From contig NC_073403.1 of assembly GCF_028641065.1 (NCBI RefSeq), forward strand, positions 434,001 through 498,000: a DNA stretch of 64,000 nucleotides, given 5' to 3'. The position numbers and the translations under genes are program-made. The DNA comes from Leucoraja erinacea. Taxonomy: Eukaryota. Shown here piece after piece: positions 1-11,149 of this stretch (positions are counted from its first letter, which is position 1; every line of letters starts with the position of its first letter). The notes below the pieces were generated by a model. The model was not told where the DNA came from. It ran no database searches and saw only the letters and a list, made by a program, of their open reading frames with translations.

Positions 1-56
1 CTGTCCGCAACCCCAGTGTCTGCACCTTCATCTGGATCTTGAACACAGACCTGAAG
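1..56 (+). CDS. STARD3: STARD3 (MLN64) penultimate coding exon, 5' part outside window
   Basis: Frame 3 reads VRNPSVCTFIWILNTDLK then donor GTAAGT at 57; matches the START-domain end of human STARD3 (NPRVCTFVWILNTDLK). Confidence 0.95.
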
Positions 57-449
57 GTAAGTGTGGGCCTCAGTTACTTGACCTGATCAACTCAGACCAG
101 GGATAGACAGACAGAGTGCCGGAGTAACTCAGCGGGTCAGGCAGCATCTGTGGAGAGAAGGAATAGAGAGGATGCTGCAGCCTCCTGTCTTTGACATTCC
201 ACCCTGGGGATGGGCACAAGGTTGTGATTGTCCACCATGAACTATGGGGGGAGGAGGAGTTGCCACCAGTTTGCTGCTGTAACGGTCAAGGCCATGGGGC
301 AGAGGCCACACTGACCCTGGAGCCTGGTGTTCTGTACCTGTGGCACCATGCAGATACGTGTGGATGGGGGGGGGGAGGGTTGAAGTCCCTGGCTCGAGCT
401 CCAGGCACCTCTCTGTAGCAGTGGCCACTGGTCATTCCTGTCGCTCTCT

Positions 450-1885
450 GTAATGCTGAGGCTCTATAAGTAGGTATGTTACAAAACGTACCTGAATCGT
501 GGCTGAGCATCTGCCCCTCCCCTTGTGTGTGATTTTGGAGCTGTTTGGAGGGGGCGGGTTTAAAACCCGATTTTTACTAGGCTGTTCCAATCGCAGATGT
601 TCAGCCTAGTAAATCATTAACGGAGAATCGCTGCAAGACCCGGTCCCAAAAGCTATTATTAGTTTTATAGGCCTCGAAGAGTAGATATAATAAATTTAAA
701 AGCTCTCGTTCATTCCGCAAGCTCTGGCAGCCCCAGGGTTTTATAAAGCAAACAATTAAAGGTATGTACCTTATTTTTACATTAAATGGGGCATGTATAT
801 AACCCTATAATTATAATTTTCTATAGCGAGTAGCTCATTTTGGGCTTTTTATATCCCCCAGTATTTTTCTCGGCATTTGAGGGCACTAATCCAGCGCGCT
901 GTCAACATTCTAAACCTGCGCGTTCCACATGAACCCACTAGAAAACCGATTTATTTACAGCAATTGAACACTAAATTCCTTCCATTTGGCCTATAAATTA
1001 ATGTAAATTAGATATAAAAATCATGTTATATTGTGAATTATTTGTGAATAATCTTTGGACACTTAGGCTATTTAAAAATGTTAATCTTTCCTTAAGAAAT
1101 GTGCTTTTGACTATCTAAGATCACAGCTTTTTTGTAATGCCCATTGAAAATCAATAGGGAACAAGATGCTAATTTCCGAGTATGAAAATGGTCATAACTT
1201 TTTTAATACTTGAGATATGAAAGTGAATTTGGTGTCAAATTAAACTTATTGTTATGCTTTATCTGATGGGATAAATTGCAGACTTGATTTTTTAAATCTC
1301 AAAATTTTGTAACATTGCTACTATAAGGCGCTGGTCAGGCTGCATTTGGAGTATTGTGAGCAATTGTGGGCACCATATCTGAGGAAGGATGTGCTGGCTG
1401 TGGAGAGGGTCCAGAGGAGGTTTACAAGAATGATCCCAGGAATGAGTGGGTTAACATATGATGAGCGTTTGTCGGCACTGGGCCTGTACTCGCTGGAGTT
1501 TAGAAGAATGAGGGGGGACCTTATTGAAACGTACAGAATAGTGAATGGCCCAGATAGAGTGGATGTGGAGAGGATGTTTCCACTAGTGGGAAAGTCTAGG
1601 ACCAGAGGTCAGAGCCACAGAATTAAAGGACGTTGTTTTAGGAAGGAGATGAAGAGAAATGTCTTTAGTCAGAGGGTGGTGAATCTGTGGGATTCTTTGC
1701 CACAGACGGCTGTAGAGGCCAAGTCCATGGATTTTTTTAATGCAGAGATTGATAGATTTTTGATTAGTGCGGGTGTCGGATGTTATGGGCAGAAGGCAGG
1801 AGAATGGGATTAGGATGGAGAGATAGATCAGCCCTGATTGAATGGTGGAGTAGACTAGATGGGCCGAATGGCTCCTATCACTTAT
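450..1885 (+). mobile_element. CR1 LINE 3' fragment in STARD3 last intron, split by a DNA transposon
   Basis: VMLRLYK (450-470) continues as ALVRLHLEYC..VERVQRRFTRMIPG..YSLEFRRMRGDLIE..FSQRVVNLW after 1327; typical CR1 ORF2 C-terminus and 3' tail. Confidence 0.9.
471..1320. mobile_element. Non-autonomous DNA transposon (850 bp, TAG termini, 7-bp TSD)
   Basis: Left end TAGGTATGTTACAAAA; right end reverse complement TAGCAATGTTACAAAA; CTATAAG duplicated at 464-470 and 1321-1327; AT-rich interior with no ORF in the track. Confidence 0.85.
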
Positions 1886-1930
1886 GGCCTCTCTCTCTCT
1901 CCCCACCCCCACCTGCCCCTCCCCCTGCAG

Positions 1931-2041
1931 GGTCGGCTCCCAAGATACCTGATCCACCAGAGCCTGTCAGCCACCATGCTGGAGTTCATGTCTCACCTGC
2001 GGCAGCGAGTGCGGGGGATGGGTGAGACAGTGCATCAGTGA
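1931..2041 (+). CDS. STARD3: STARD3 last coding exon
   Basis: Pyrimidine tract + CAG acceptor at 1928-1930; [36 protein letters not shown] matches human [26 protein letters not shown]; phase 0 fits previous exon. Confidence 0.96.
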   Translation, partial: GRLPRYLIHQSLSATMLEFMSHLRQRVRGMGETVHQ

Positions 2042-2334
2042 CACCTCCCCCTCCCTCCCCCCCCTGATGTCTGCAGAGTCCGATCCCGCTGTTTGCGCAG
2101 GACCTGGCGTCTGCCAGCAGGGGCACTGCCCCAGGACCAAGGGTCAGCCAGACCACCGACTGACCCCCTCTCCCCATCACAAGGAGAACAAAACCATTGT
2201 GATGCAGAGTGGGTCCATCACTGTCCACATGTTGCTGCTTGTGTTGGGGACATCCCCAGTGTCGGGCCAGTGGACTTGCTCAGAGTCACTGCGGGTACTT
2301 GTTTTAATCAGGAGCCAGTTTCCTGGCTCAGTGA

Positions 2335-2650
2335 GACCCCCAGTTCAGTGTGGGACCCCTGGTTCAGTGTGGGACCCCTGGTTCAGTGTGGGACCCCCAG
2401 TTCAGTGGGGGACCCCCAGTTCAGTGTGGGACCCCTGGTTCAGTGTGGGACCCCTGGTTCAGTGTGGGACCCCCAGTTCAGTGGGGGACCCCCAGTTCAG
2501 TGTGGGACCCCTGGTTCAGTGGGGGACCCCCAGTTCAGTGTGGGACCCCTGGTTCAGTGTGGGACCCCTGGTTCAGTGTGGGACCCCTAGTTCAGTGTGG
2601 GACCCCCTGGTTCAGTGTGGGACCCCCAGTTCAGTGTGGGGGACCCCTGG
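2335..2650 (+). repeat. ~19-20 bp minisatellite (GGTTCAGTGTGGGACCCCT) in STARD3 3' UTR
   Basis: About 16 tandem copies visible. Confidence 0.9.
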
Positions 2651-2919
2651 TCTCTGGTGCTGCGGGGCCAGCACTGCTTGCTGTCGGAGACCAGCTGTGG
2701 CTTTGTCTTTTATGAAGCTGTGGACCAGGAGGAATAAGTGGGCCACTCGGCCCCTCCAGCCTGTCCTGTCCATTCAAGGAGACCATCGGCCACCTTGAAT
2801 GTCTTGGGCAACCTGGGCAACACTGAACCTGACAGGTGACACATGCCCACCCCCACCCCCACTGAACTTTCAGCCACATGGCCGTTTTGTTGACCTTCTA
2901 TGTACTTGCTTTTGTGTGA

Positions 2920-2925
2920 AGTAAA
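2920..2925 (+). terminator. Candidate variant polyadenylation signal (AGTAAA) of STARD3
   Basis: Preceded by TGTA at 2901 and followed by GT-rich sequence; no AATAAA seen between the stop codon and the Tc1. Confidence 0.35.
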
Positions 2926-3049
2926 AATCTGTTTGATAAAGAACTGTTTGTCTTGATGGTTTATGATGAAATGTACAGTCTTGTCCACTGGCCACTGGCA
3001 TTAGTGCAGCAGTTGTGTGGTACCACAGCCTCTACAAGGCGGATATATA

Positions 3050-4661
3050 CAGTGGCTTGCAAAAGTATTCATACCCCTTGAACTTTTCCACATTTTGTCA
3101 CGTTACAACCACAAACATAAATGTATTTTATTGGGATTTTATGTGATAGACCAACACAAAGTGCCGCATAATTGTGAAGTGGAAGGGAAATTATACATGG
3201 TTTTCAAATTTTTTTACAAATAAAAAACTGAAAAGTGTGGTGTGCAAAAGTATTCAGCCCCCTTTACTCTGATACCCCTAAATAAAATCCAGTGCAACCA
3301 ATTGCCTTCAGAAGTCACCTAATTAGTAAATAGAGTCCACTTGTGTGTAATCTAATCTCAGTATAAATACAGCTGTTCTGTGAAGGCCTCAGAGGTTTGT
3401 TAGAGAACATTAGTGAACAAACAGCATCATGAAGCCCAAGGAACACTCAGACAGGTCAGGGATAAAGTTGTGGAGAAGTTTAAAGCAGGGTTAGGTTATA
3501 AAAAAATATCCCAAGCTTTGAACATCTCACAGAGCACTGTTCAATCCATCATCCGAAAATGGAAAGAGTATGGCACAACTGCAAACCTACCAAGACATGG
3601 CCATCCACCTAAACTGACAGGCCGGGCAAGGAGAGCATTGATTAGAGAAGCAGCCAAGAGGCCCATGGTAACTCTGGAGGAGCTGCAGAGATCCACAGCT
3701 CAGGTGGGAGAATCTGTCCACAGGACAACTATTAGTCGTGCACTCCACAAATCGGGCCTTTATGGAAGAGTGGCAAGAAGACAGCCATTGTTGAAAAAAA
3801 GCCATAAGAAGTCCCGTTTGCAGTTTGCCACAAGCCATGTGGGGGACACAGCAAACATGTGGAGGAAGGTGCTCTGGTCAGATGAGACCAAAATTACAGT
3901 TTTTGGCCTAAATGCAAACCGCTATGTGTGGCGGAAAGCTAACACTGCACATCACCCTGAACACACCATCCCCACTGTGAAACATGGTGGTGGCAGCATC
4001 ATGCTGTGGGGATGCTTTTCTTCAGCAGGGACAGGGAAGCTGGTCAGAGTTGATGGGAAGATGGATGGAGCCAAATACAGGGCAATCTTGGAAGAAAACC
4101 TGTTAGAGTCTGCAAAAGACTTGAGATTGGGGCGGAGGTTCACCAGCAGGACAACGACCCTAAACATACAGCCAGAGCTACAATGGAATGGTTTAGATCA
4201 AAGCATATTCATGTGTTAGAATGGCCCAGTCAAAGTCCAGACCTAAATCCAATTGAGAATCTTTGGCAAGACTTGAAAAATGCTGTTCACAGACGCTCTC
4301 CATCCAATCTGACTGAGCTTGAGCTATTTTTCAAAGAAGAATGGGCAAAAATTGCAGTCTCTAGATGTGCAAAGCTGGTAGAGACATACCCCAAAAGACT
4401 TGCAGCTGTAATTGCAGCGAAAGGTGGTTCTACAAAGTATTGACTCAGGGGGGCTGAATACTTTTGCACGCCACACTTTTCAGTGTTTTATTTGTAAAAA
4501 AATTTGAAAACCACATATCATTTTCCTTCCACTTCACAATTATGCACCACTTTGTGTTGGTCTATCACATAAAATCCCAATAAAATACATTTACGTTTGT
4601 GGTTGTAACGTGACAAAATGTGGAAAGGTTCAAGGGGTATGAAAACTTTTGCAATCCACTG
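3050..4661 (+). mobile_element. Full-length Tc1-like (IR/DR-type, DD34E) transposon
   Basis: About 210-bp inverted repeats starting CAGTGG (3050-~3263) and ending CCACTG (~4447-4661); TA on the left, CA on the right; transposase inside. Confidence 0.95.
3429..4443 (+). pseudogene. Tc1 transposase with two frameshifts
   Basis: MKPKEH at 3429, frameshift ~3448, paired-like HTH, WSDETK, frameshift ~4143 before QDNDPKH, SPDLNPIENLW, ends GGSTKY*. Confidence 0.9.
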
Positions 4662-4704
4662 CAGAACTAAAGATGTTGCCTGTATTACATCTGTGTCGCA
4701 ACAC

Positions 4705-5100
4705 ATGTCACATAGAATGTTGAATAGTGTAGCAGAGTCCAGGCCACTCGGCCCACAATGGCCATGCTGAACATGATGCCGTTAGACTAGTCTCTGCCCA
4801 CACGTGATCCATATCACTCCATTCCCTACCCATCCATGTGCCTATCTTAGACGCCACAATGGTATCTGCCTCCTGCCAGCACGTTCCAGAAACACACACT
4901 CCATGTAAAAACACTTGTCCTAAACGACACTCTCACCTGCGTAGCTCAAAGCCTTTCATATTTCCAGCCTGCAAACAGGTCTGACAGTCTAGTTTACCTA
5001 CGCCACTCAGAACGTTATACACGTCTATCTGGTCTCCCCTCAACCTTCAATGTTCCAAGTTAGCCCACCGTCCAGCGAACACCCTCTGATACAGGCAGCA
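4705..5100 (-). mobile_element. Old CR1 3' fragment
   Basis: Degenerate CR1 3' tail and ORF2 end on minus strand. Confidence 0.55.
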
Positions 5101-5424
5101 TTATGATGCCCCTCTTGTGTAGCCAGTGGCTGGTGCAGGGCATTGAGTATTTCCCAGGGCCAAGTGGGATCTGTGCACAAGTTGTTTCATTCCCGACTCA
5201 TGAGCCAGAGGTCCGGGGTCGTGCAGCCACTGCAGCTGTGGGGACGGGTCACAATCTCTGCTCTGAGCAACAACTACACACCAGGACATCTCTCCATCAG
5301 TCAGAAGAAGGGTCTCGACCCAAAACATCATCTATTCCTTCACTCCATAGATGCTGCCTCACCCGCTGAGTTTCTCCAGCATTTTTGTCAACCTTCTCCT
5401 CTCACGGACATCTGTTTAACCTCC

Positions 5425-5920
5425 TTCAGAGCAGCAACTCAGCCTGGTGTGGATCGCAGGAGGATGAGGCGTGATCTAATAGAGGTGTACAAAACCATGA
5501 GAGGAATAGATCGGGCCTTTTACTGAGAGTTGGGGGAATCGAGGGCCAGGGTTTAAGGTGAGGGGGGAGTTGGAACATGGGGGGTGGGGGGGCACAAAGG
5601 AGGGCAGGCTGCCAGGTGAGGGCGGGGGGGGGGCGCAAGGAGGGCAGGCTGCCAGGTGAGGGGGGTGGGGGGGGGTGGGGGGGGGTGTGGAGGGCAGGCT
5701 GCCAGGTGAGGGCGGGGGGGGGCGCAAGGAGGGCAGGCTGCCAGGTGAGGTGGGTGAGGTAGGTACTATCACAGTATTTGAACAAATATTTGGAAAGATA
5801 CATGGATAGGAAAGGGTGAGAGGAATATGGGCCAAACACAGGCAGGTGGGACCAGTGTAGATGGGGCATGTTGGTCGGCATGGGCAAGTTGGGCTGAAGG
5901 GCCTGTTTCCATGCTGTATG
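5425..5920 (+). mobile_element. CR1 3' fragment interrupted by a G-rich repeat
   Basis: RRRMRRDLIEVYKTMRGIDR and GGGCTGAAGGGCCTGTTTCC tail. Confidence 0.7.
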
Positions 5921-7057
5921 ACTTTGTATACAAGACTCGCCAAGATTGGCAACGCCAAACTACCCTGGAAAGTCTGGATAAGCCCCAGTCTGCGTTCCCC
6001 TGCCCCTGCACAGAGTTCCCACGTTCCAGCATTGCCCATGATCCAGTCCACAGTTTCCCACCTTGAGCTTGAGATGAGCCATCGGTCAACACATCGGCCA
6101 CTGCCGTCTGCAAGGGGCAACTAACTATAGCGACGATTGGGCAGATATATGGATAGGAAGGTTTCAAGGGCTGTGGGCAAATGCAGTGAAATGGGACTAG
6201 CCCAGAATACCAACTGGGTTGACATGGACAAGGTGGACCGAAGGGTCTGCTTCTGTGCTGTGCAGCCCTGTATCTGTATGTTTGTCTACCTGTTGGACAC
6301 TGGCTGCTCACTCTCCCACCCACCACCCCTCACCTCCCCTCTCGCCTCACCTCCCTCCCCCTGAGCCCCTCTCCTCCTCCCACTCCCCATTTCCTCATCA
6401 TCCCCTCTCCTCTCCTCCTCTTCCCCTCCCCCTCTTGTCCCCCTGAGCCCCTCTCCTCCTCCTCCCCCTCCCCCTCTTGTCCCCCTGAGCCCCTCATCTC
6501 CCCCTTCCCTCTCCATCTCGCCCCATCTTCTCCCCCCATCGTCCCCTCTCCCTACCCCCTCCATCTCCCCCTCTCCCTCCCTCTCCACATCCCCCTCTCC
6601 CCTCCAACTCAGCCATGATCATATTGAATGGCGGTGCAGGCTCAAAGGGCCGAAGGGCCTACTCCTGCACCTATTTTCTATGTTTCTATATCTAACTCCC
6701 CCCCCCCACCCCCGCTCTCCTGGTGACTGAGGATTCTTCTTCCCCACCCCTTGCCCAGCCTGCGGTGTTTGATGTTGGCTCCACCTCAGTGTGGGTCCGA
6801 TCCCCCAGATACAGACCCCCAAACCCGGGGGCAAACGTCCCACCGGCCCCACCCTCCCTCCATGGGACACAACACATCGCAACATGGCTGGAATCATGAG
6901 ATTCTCTGAAAACTCTTCCAATTTTACATAATCTGGCCGTCAAGTAACAACCCAGTGAGAAGCTGCGAGTGGAACAGAGTCTGGATTGTTGAGGTGAACT
7001 TAAAATAACAAGGTGCCCCAGGCCTCTGGCAGCAGGGAGAGTGCTGATGCTGGGGAG

Positions 7058-7660
7058 AGGGGGGGGGGAGGGACATGGGGGGAGGGGGGGCATGGAGAGA
7101 GGGGGGCACCAGTGAAGGTGGGGAGGGGGGGCATGGGGGGGGGGGGGACATGGGGGGAGGGGGGGACATGGGGGGGGAGGGGGGGGGGGCCATGGGGGAG
7201 GGAGGGCATGGGGGATGGGGGGAGGGGGACATGGGGGGGAGGGTGAGCATGGGGGGAGGGGGGGAGGGGGGATGGGGGAGGAGGGGGGGCATGGGGGGAG
7301 GGGGGGGCACACGGGGGGGGGGGGCATGGGGGGGAGGGGGACATGGGGGGAGGGGGACATGAGTGGGGGGGGGGCATGGGGGGGAGGGGGCCATGGGGGA
7401 GGGGGACAGGGGGGGAGGGGGGACAGGGGGGAGGGGGGCATGGGGATGGGGGGAGGGGGAACATGGGGGAGGGGGGGCATGGGGGGATGGGGGAGGGGGG
7501 GGGGATGGGGGGGGGGGGACATGGGGGGAGGGGGGGGCATGGGGGGAGGGTGGGCATGGGGGGAGGGGGGGGGGGGGGGGGGGAGAGGGGGGGAGGAAGG
7601 AAGGGGGGGATGGGGAGAGGGGGGGCATGGGGGGGGGGGGGGGCAGGGGGGGGGGGGCAG
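7058..7660 (+). repeat. G-rich low-complexity tract (GGGGGCATGGGGGGA-like units)
   Basis: Seen directly; source of the spurious Gly/Pro ORFs. Confidence 0.9.
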
Positions 7661-7964
7661 GGAAGGCTGTGTTGCTCCTGCCGGCCCTGTCCTCTCCGAC
7701 GTGGCTTTGCACCTGATCTCACTGACACTCGGCAACAACTCACTAGGGCTGTGGATGAGCTGATGCCAAAGGCGTGGAGGTTGGAGTTCAGGGGCAACTC
7801 TGATAATCAGTGGAGACAGGACACAGAGAGCCCAGAACACCAGGTAGACCGGGAACTGGTTCTTGCTTGGGGTGATACATCACAATACAGAGGTTGGTTG
7901 TGGCTGCAGGTTGTTCAACATCCCAGGACATCGCTCCTGTGGGCAGAGACCTGGACACAACCAT

Positions 7965-8760
7965 CTACAACATTTTGGCCACGTATATCAAGGTATAGTG
8001 AAAGGCTTTGTTGCGTGCTATCCAGCCTATGGAAAGACTATACATGATTACAATTGATCCATTCACGGTGGACAGATGCAGGAGAAAGGGAATTACGTTT
8101 ATTGCAAGACAAAGCCAGCAAAGTCCGATCAAAGATAGCCCGAGGGTCTCCACAACGAGATGCAGTAGATAGCAGCTCAGGCCTATTCTCCAGTTGTGGC
8201 AGGATGGTTCAATGGCTTGATAGCAGCTGGGAAGAAACTGTCCCTGAATCCGGAGGTGTGTGTTCTCCATTTCTATACCTATTGCCCAATGGGAGAGGGG
8301 AGAAGAGGGAGTGGCCAGGGTGCGACTGGTCCTTGATGATGCTGCCGGCCTTGCCGAGGCAGCATGAGGTATAAATGGAGTCAATGGGAGGGAGGTTGGT
8401 TTGTGTGATGGTCTGGGCTGTGTCCACAATTCACTGCAGTTTCTGTTGACTGGAGAAATTGATGCAGTTGTTCCCAAACAAAACTGTGATCAATCTCATT
8501 AAATGTTTTCAATGATGCGTCTGTAGAGATTGGTGAGAATTGTGGCAAACTTCCTAAACCTTCCAAAGAAGCCGAGATGTTGCTATTGTTGCAATGTGAC
8601 TGGTCCAGGAGAATTGTTGGTGATATTGATTCTTGGCAGTTTGAAGATTCTGTGCCTTCAATGCAAACTGGGGTCTGGGCACCGCTTCACTTCCTGGTCA
8701 ATCACTGTCTCCCTTGTCTTACTGACATTGAAAGAAAGGTTGAAGTCAGAAGTGGGAATG
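7965..8760 (-). mobile_element. Rex1/Babar-type non-LTR retrotransposon 3' fragment
   Basis: DTAQTITQTNLPPIDSIYTSCCLGKAGSIIKDQSHPGHSLFSPLPLGNRYR is the typical Rex1/Babar RT C-terminus. Confidence 0.75.
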
Positions 8761-8864
8761 TTCACTGATGTTGTGTAACTTTGAATATCATTTACAAATC
8801 CGCAGCCAATGAACTGGTCCATGCCTGTATGTGGCAAGATCGAAACAACTTGAAGGTAAAGCCT

Positions 8865-9520
8865 GACTAGTGGTGACTAGTAGTGGCTAGTGGTGACTAG
8901 TAGTGACTAGTAGTGGCTAGTAGTGATTAGTGGTGATTAGTGGTGACTAGTGGTGACTAGTGGTGACTAGTGGTGACTAGTAGTGACTAGTAGTGGCTAG
9001 TGATGACTAGTAGTGATTAGTGGTGACTAGTGGTGACTAGTGGTGACTAGTAGTGACTAGTAGTGGCTAGTGATGACTAGTAGTGATTAGTGGTGATTAG
9101 TGGTGACTAGTGGTGACTAGTGGTGACTAGTAGTGACTAGTAGTGGCTAGTGATGACTAGTAGTGATTAGTGGTGACTAGTGGTGACTAGTGGTGACTAG
9201 TAGTGACTGGTGGTGACTAGTGGTGAATAGTAGTGACTAGTGGTGACTAGTAGTGACTGGTGGTGACTAGTGGTGATTAGTAGTGACTAGTGGTGACTAG
9301 TGGTGGCTAGTGGTGACTAGTAGTGATTAGTGGTGACTAGTAGTGACTAGTGGTGAATAGTAGTGACTAGTGGTGACTAGTAATGACTGGTAGTGACTAG
9401 TGGTGACAGGTAACATCTCTGCAGAGAAGGAATGGGTGACGTTTCGGGTCGAGACCCTTCTTCAAACTAGTGGTAACCAGTGACTAGTAGTGACTAATGG
9501 TGACTAGTGACTAGTGGTGA
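8865..9520. repeat. 10-bp satellite (GACTAGTGGT)n interrupted by a Penelope-repeat fragment at ~9408-9466
   Basis: About 55 tandem units seen directly. Confidence 0.95.
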
Positions 9521-10327
9521 CCAGTGGTGATATTCAATGATGACAATCTCCAACACGAGAGTCCAATCAGTAGCAGGACCAATGTCCGGAGCCTCTCCAT
9601 GGACTGGGGACCGGGTCAGCAGGTCAGAGCCAGGGCGGGTGTAGCGACTGGTCCACCACCTGACACCACGAGATCTATCCACCGTCAACTGGCTGGAGTG
9701 ATGGAATCCCCCCTCTGGCCTCTGGCCCCTGGCCATCACCTCCACCGCCGGCCCCTCGGCCCGTCTACAGTGTCCGCTGCAGTTACTTACCCAGACCACC
9801 GCACGGCGCCACTCAAGACCCACGACCGATCCCATTGAGACCAACCAGCCTTGGGCACACCACCACCTACAGGTTCCCCAATCTCCTGGCTTGGAAATGT
9901 ATCACTGGCCCTTCACCAGGGTACACCCCTGTACCCCGTGACAACTCCTTCCCGTGAGTGACCCAGTCCCGTCACCCTGCCCCCGACAGTGAGTGGCCAC
10001 TACACGACCATTAACGTTGTGGCTCAGGAGAGACAAAGTCCTGGTGTAACTCAGCGAGTCGGGCAGCGTCTCCGGAGAGATGGGATGGGTGGCTTTTCGG
10101 GTCGAGACCCTTCTTCAGACACACGAAGCCCCACCTGTGGGCAAGGAGGGGCAGCAACTCTCTGGCCCAGCGCCCCATTCCACATCAATGCTGTGTTTGT
10201 TCCTGAACGATCCGATGTTTCTTGAAGCAAATGGGAGCTGCCTGGTGGACCGGCAGTTTGTCCATGAGCCTCTCAATAGCTTTGTGTGTGTTGTATCGCT
10301 GGAGGCGAGAGCTGAGTACAGCGTCGC

Positions 10328-10336
10328 TCACATGAC
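10328..10336 (-). promoter_or_regulatory. MITF/TFE-type E-box (GTCATGTGA) ~165 bp upstream of the MREG-like ATG
   Basis: TCACATGAC on + strand; motif match only. Confidence 0.4.
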
Positions 10337-10499
10337 CACCCATGACTTGGTTCGCTCCAGAGGAAACAGTCAAACCATCCACAACCCGCACCTCGAGTGA
10401 AGGCGCCTCCATCGCGGGCCGACCCGGACTCCGACCCCAGGCCCCGCACCGTGTCCACCCAGTGGCCCAGCGTCCTGGCGCCGGGTGTCCAGCGGGGAG

Positions 10500-10582
10500 A
10501 TGGGGGACTGGACCCCGATGAGTTGGGTTTGTTGTTCGTGCTGCGACGGCGAGGAGACCGAGGAGAAGATTCCCATCATCAG
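10500..10582 (+). CDS. mreg-like: Melanoregulin-like gene exon 1
   Basis: Kozak GAGATGG; MGDWTPMSWVCCSCCDGEETEEKIPII(S) resembles MREG MGLRDWLRTVCCCC...EKEPLVS; donor AG/GTAACG, phase 2. Confidence 0.85.
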
Positions 10583-10600
10583 GTAACGCGGCGCCGCTCC

Positions 10601-10805
10601 CAGTGGCCGAGACATCCAGTGGCCGGGGCTCCCAGTGGCCGGGGCTGCCAGTGGCCGAGACATCCAGTGGCCGAGACATCCAGTGGCCGGGGCTGCCAGT
10701 GGCCGGGGCTGCCAGTGGCCGGAGCTGCCAGTGGCCAGGACATCCAGTGGCCGGGACATACAGTGGCCGGGGCCTCCAGTGGCCGGGGGCATCCAGTGGC
10801 CGGGG
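10601..10805 (+). repeat. 17-bp minisatellite (CCAGTGGCCGGGGCTG-like) in MREG-like intron 1
   Basis: About 12 tandem copies. Confidence 0.9.
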
Positions 10806-11149
10806 GTGGAACAGGCTCCGGACTGGCGGCGGGGAGGGGTGTGTGTGGATGGGGAGCGGGGAGCGGTTGGGGAGGGGGGGGGGGCGGGTGCTTGTGGTTG
10901 GTGGCGGGAGCTGGGAAGTAGATTGGCCTACCAAGTGCCAGTGACGTTCCTGGATGAGTAGCAGAGGGGAGCGGGATGGGAGGGGGGTGGTCGTCCAAAC
11001 CAAGGCCTGGACCCCCCCTCCCCTCCCCCAGCCACCGCTCGCTGCGAGAAACAGCCGCTCCCATCGCCCCCCAGTGACGTCACGCGCCGGACATATTTGG
11101 ACTGAAATGCGTAAAATTGTCCAAACCTTCAACCTTCCTGACAAGGCTG

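Noticed and set aside
2335-2650. Regular repeats resembling a CRISPR array (also 27395-27567, 29365-29610)
   Set aside because: Head-to-tail units with no unique spacers, no cas genes, vertebrate context.
7661-7853. Possible exon (CAG..CAG/GTAGAC) reading RLCCSCRPCP..
   Set aside because: Acceptor is preceded by a G-tract rather than pyrimidines, and I recognise no homology.
10126-10400. Protein-like ORFs on both strands upstream of the MREG-like gene
   Set aside because: No recognisable homology or consistent splice sites; more likely promoter or 5' UTR.
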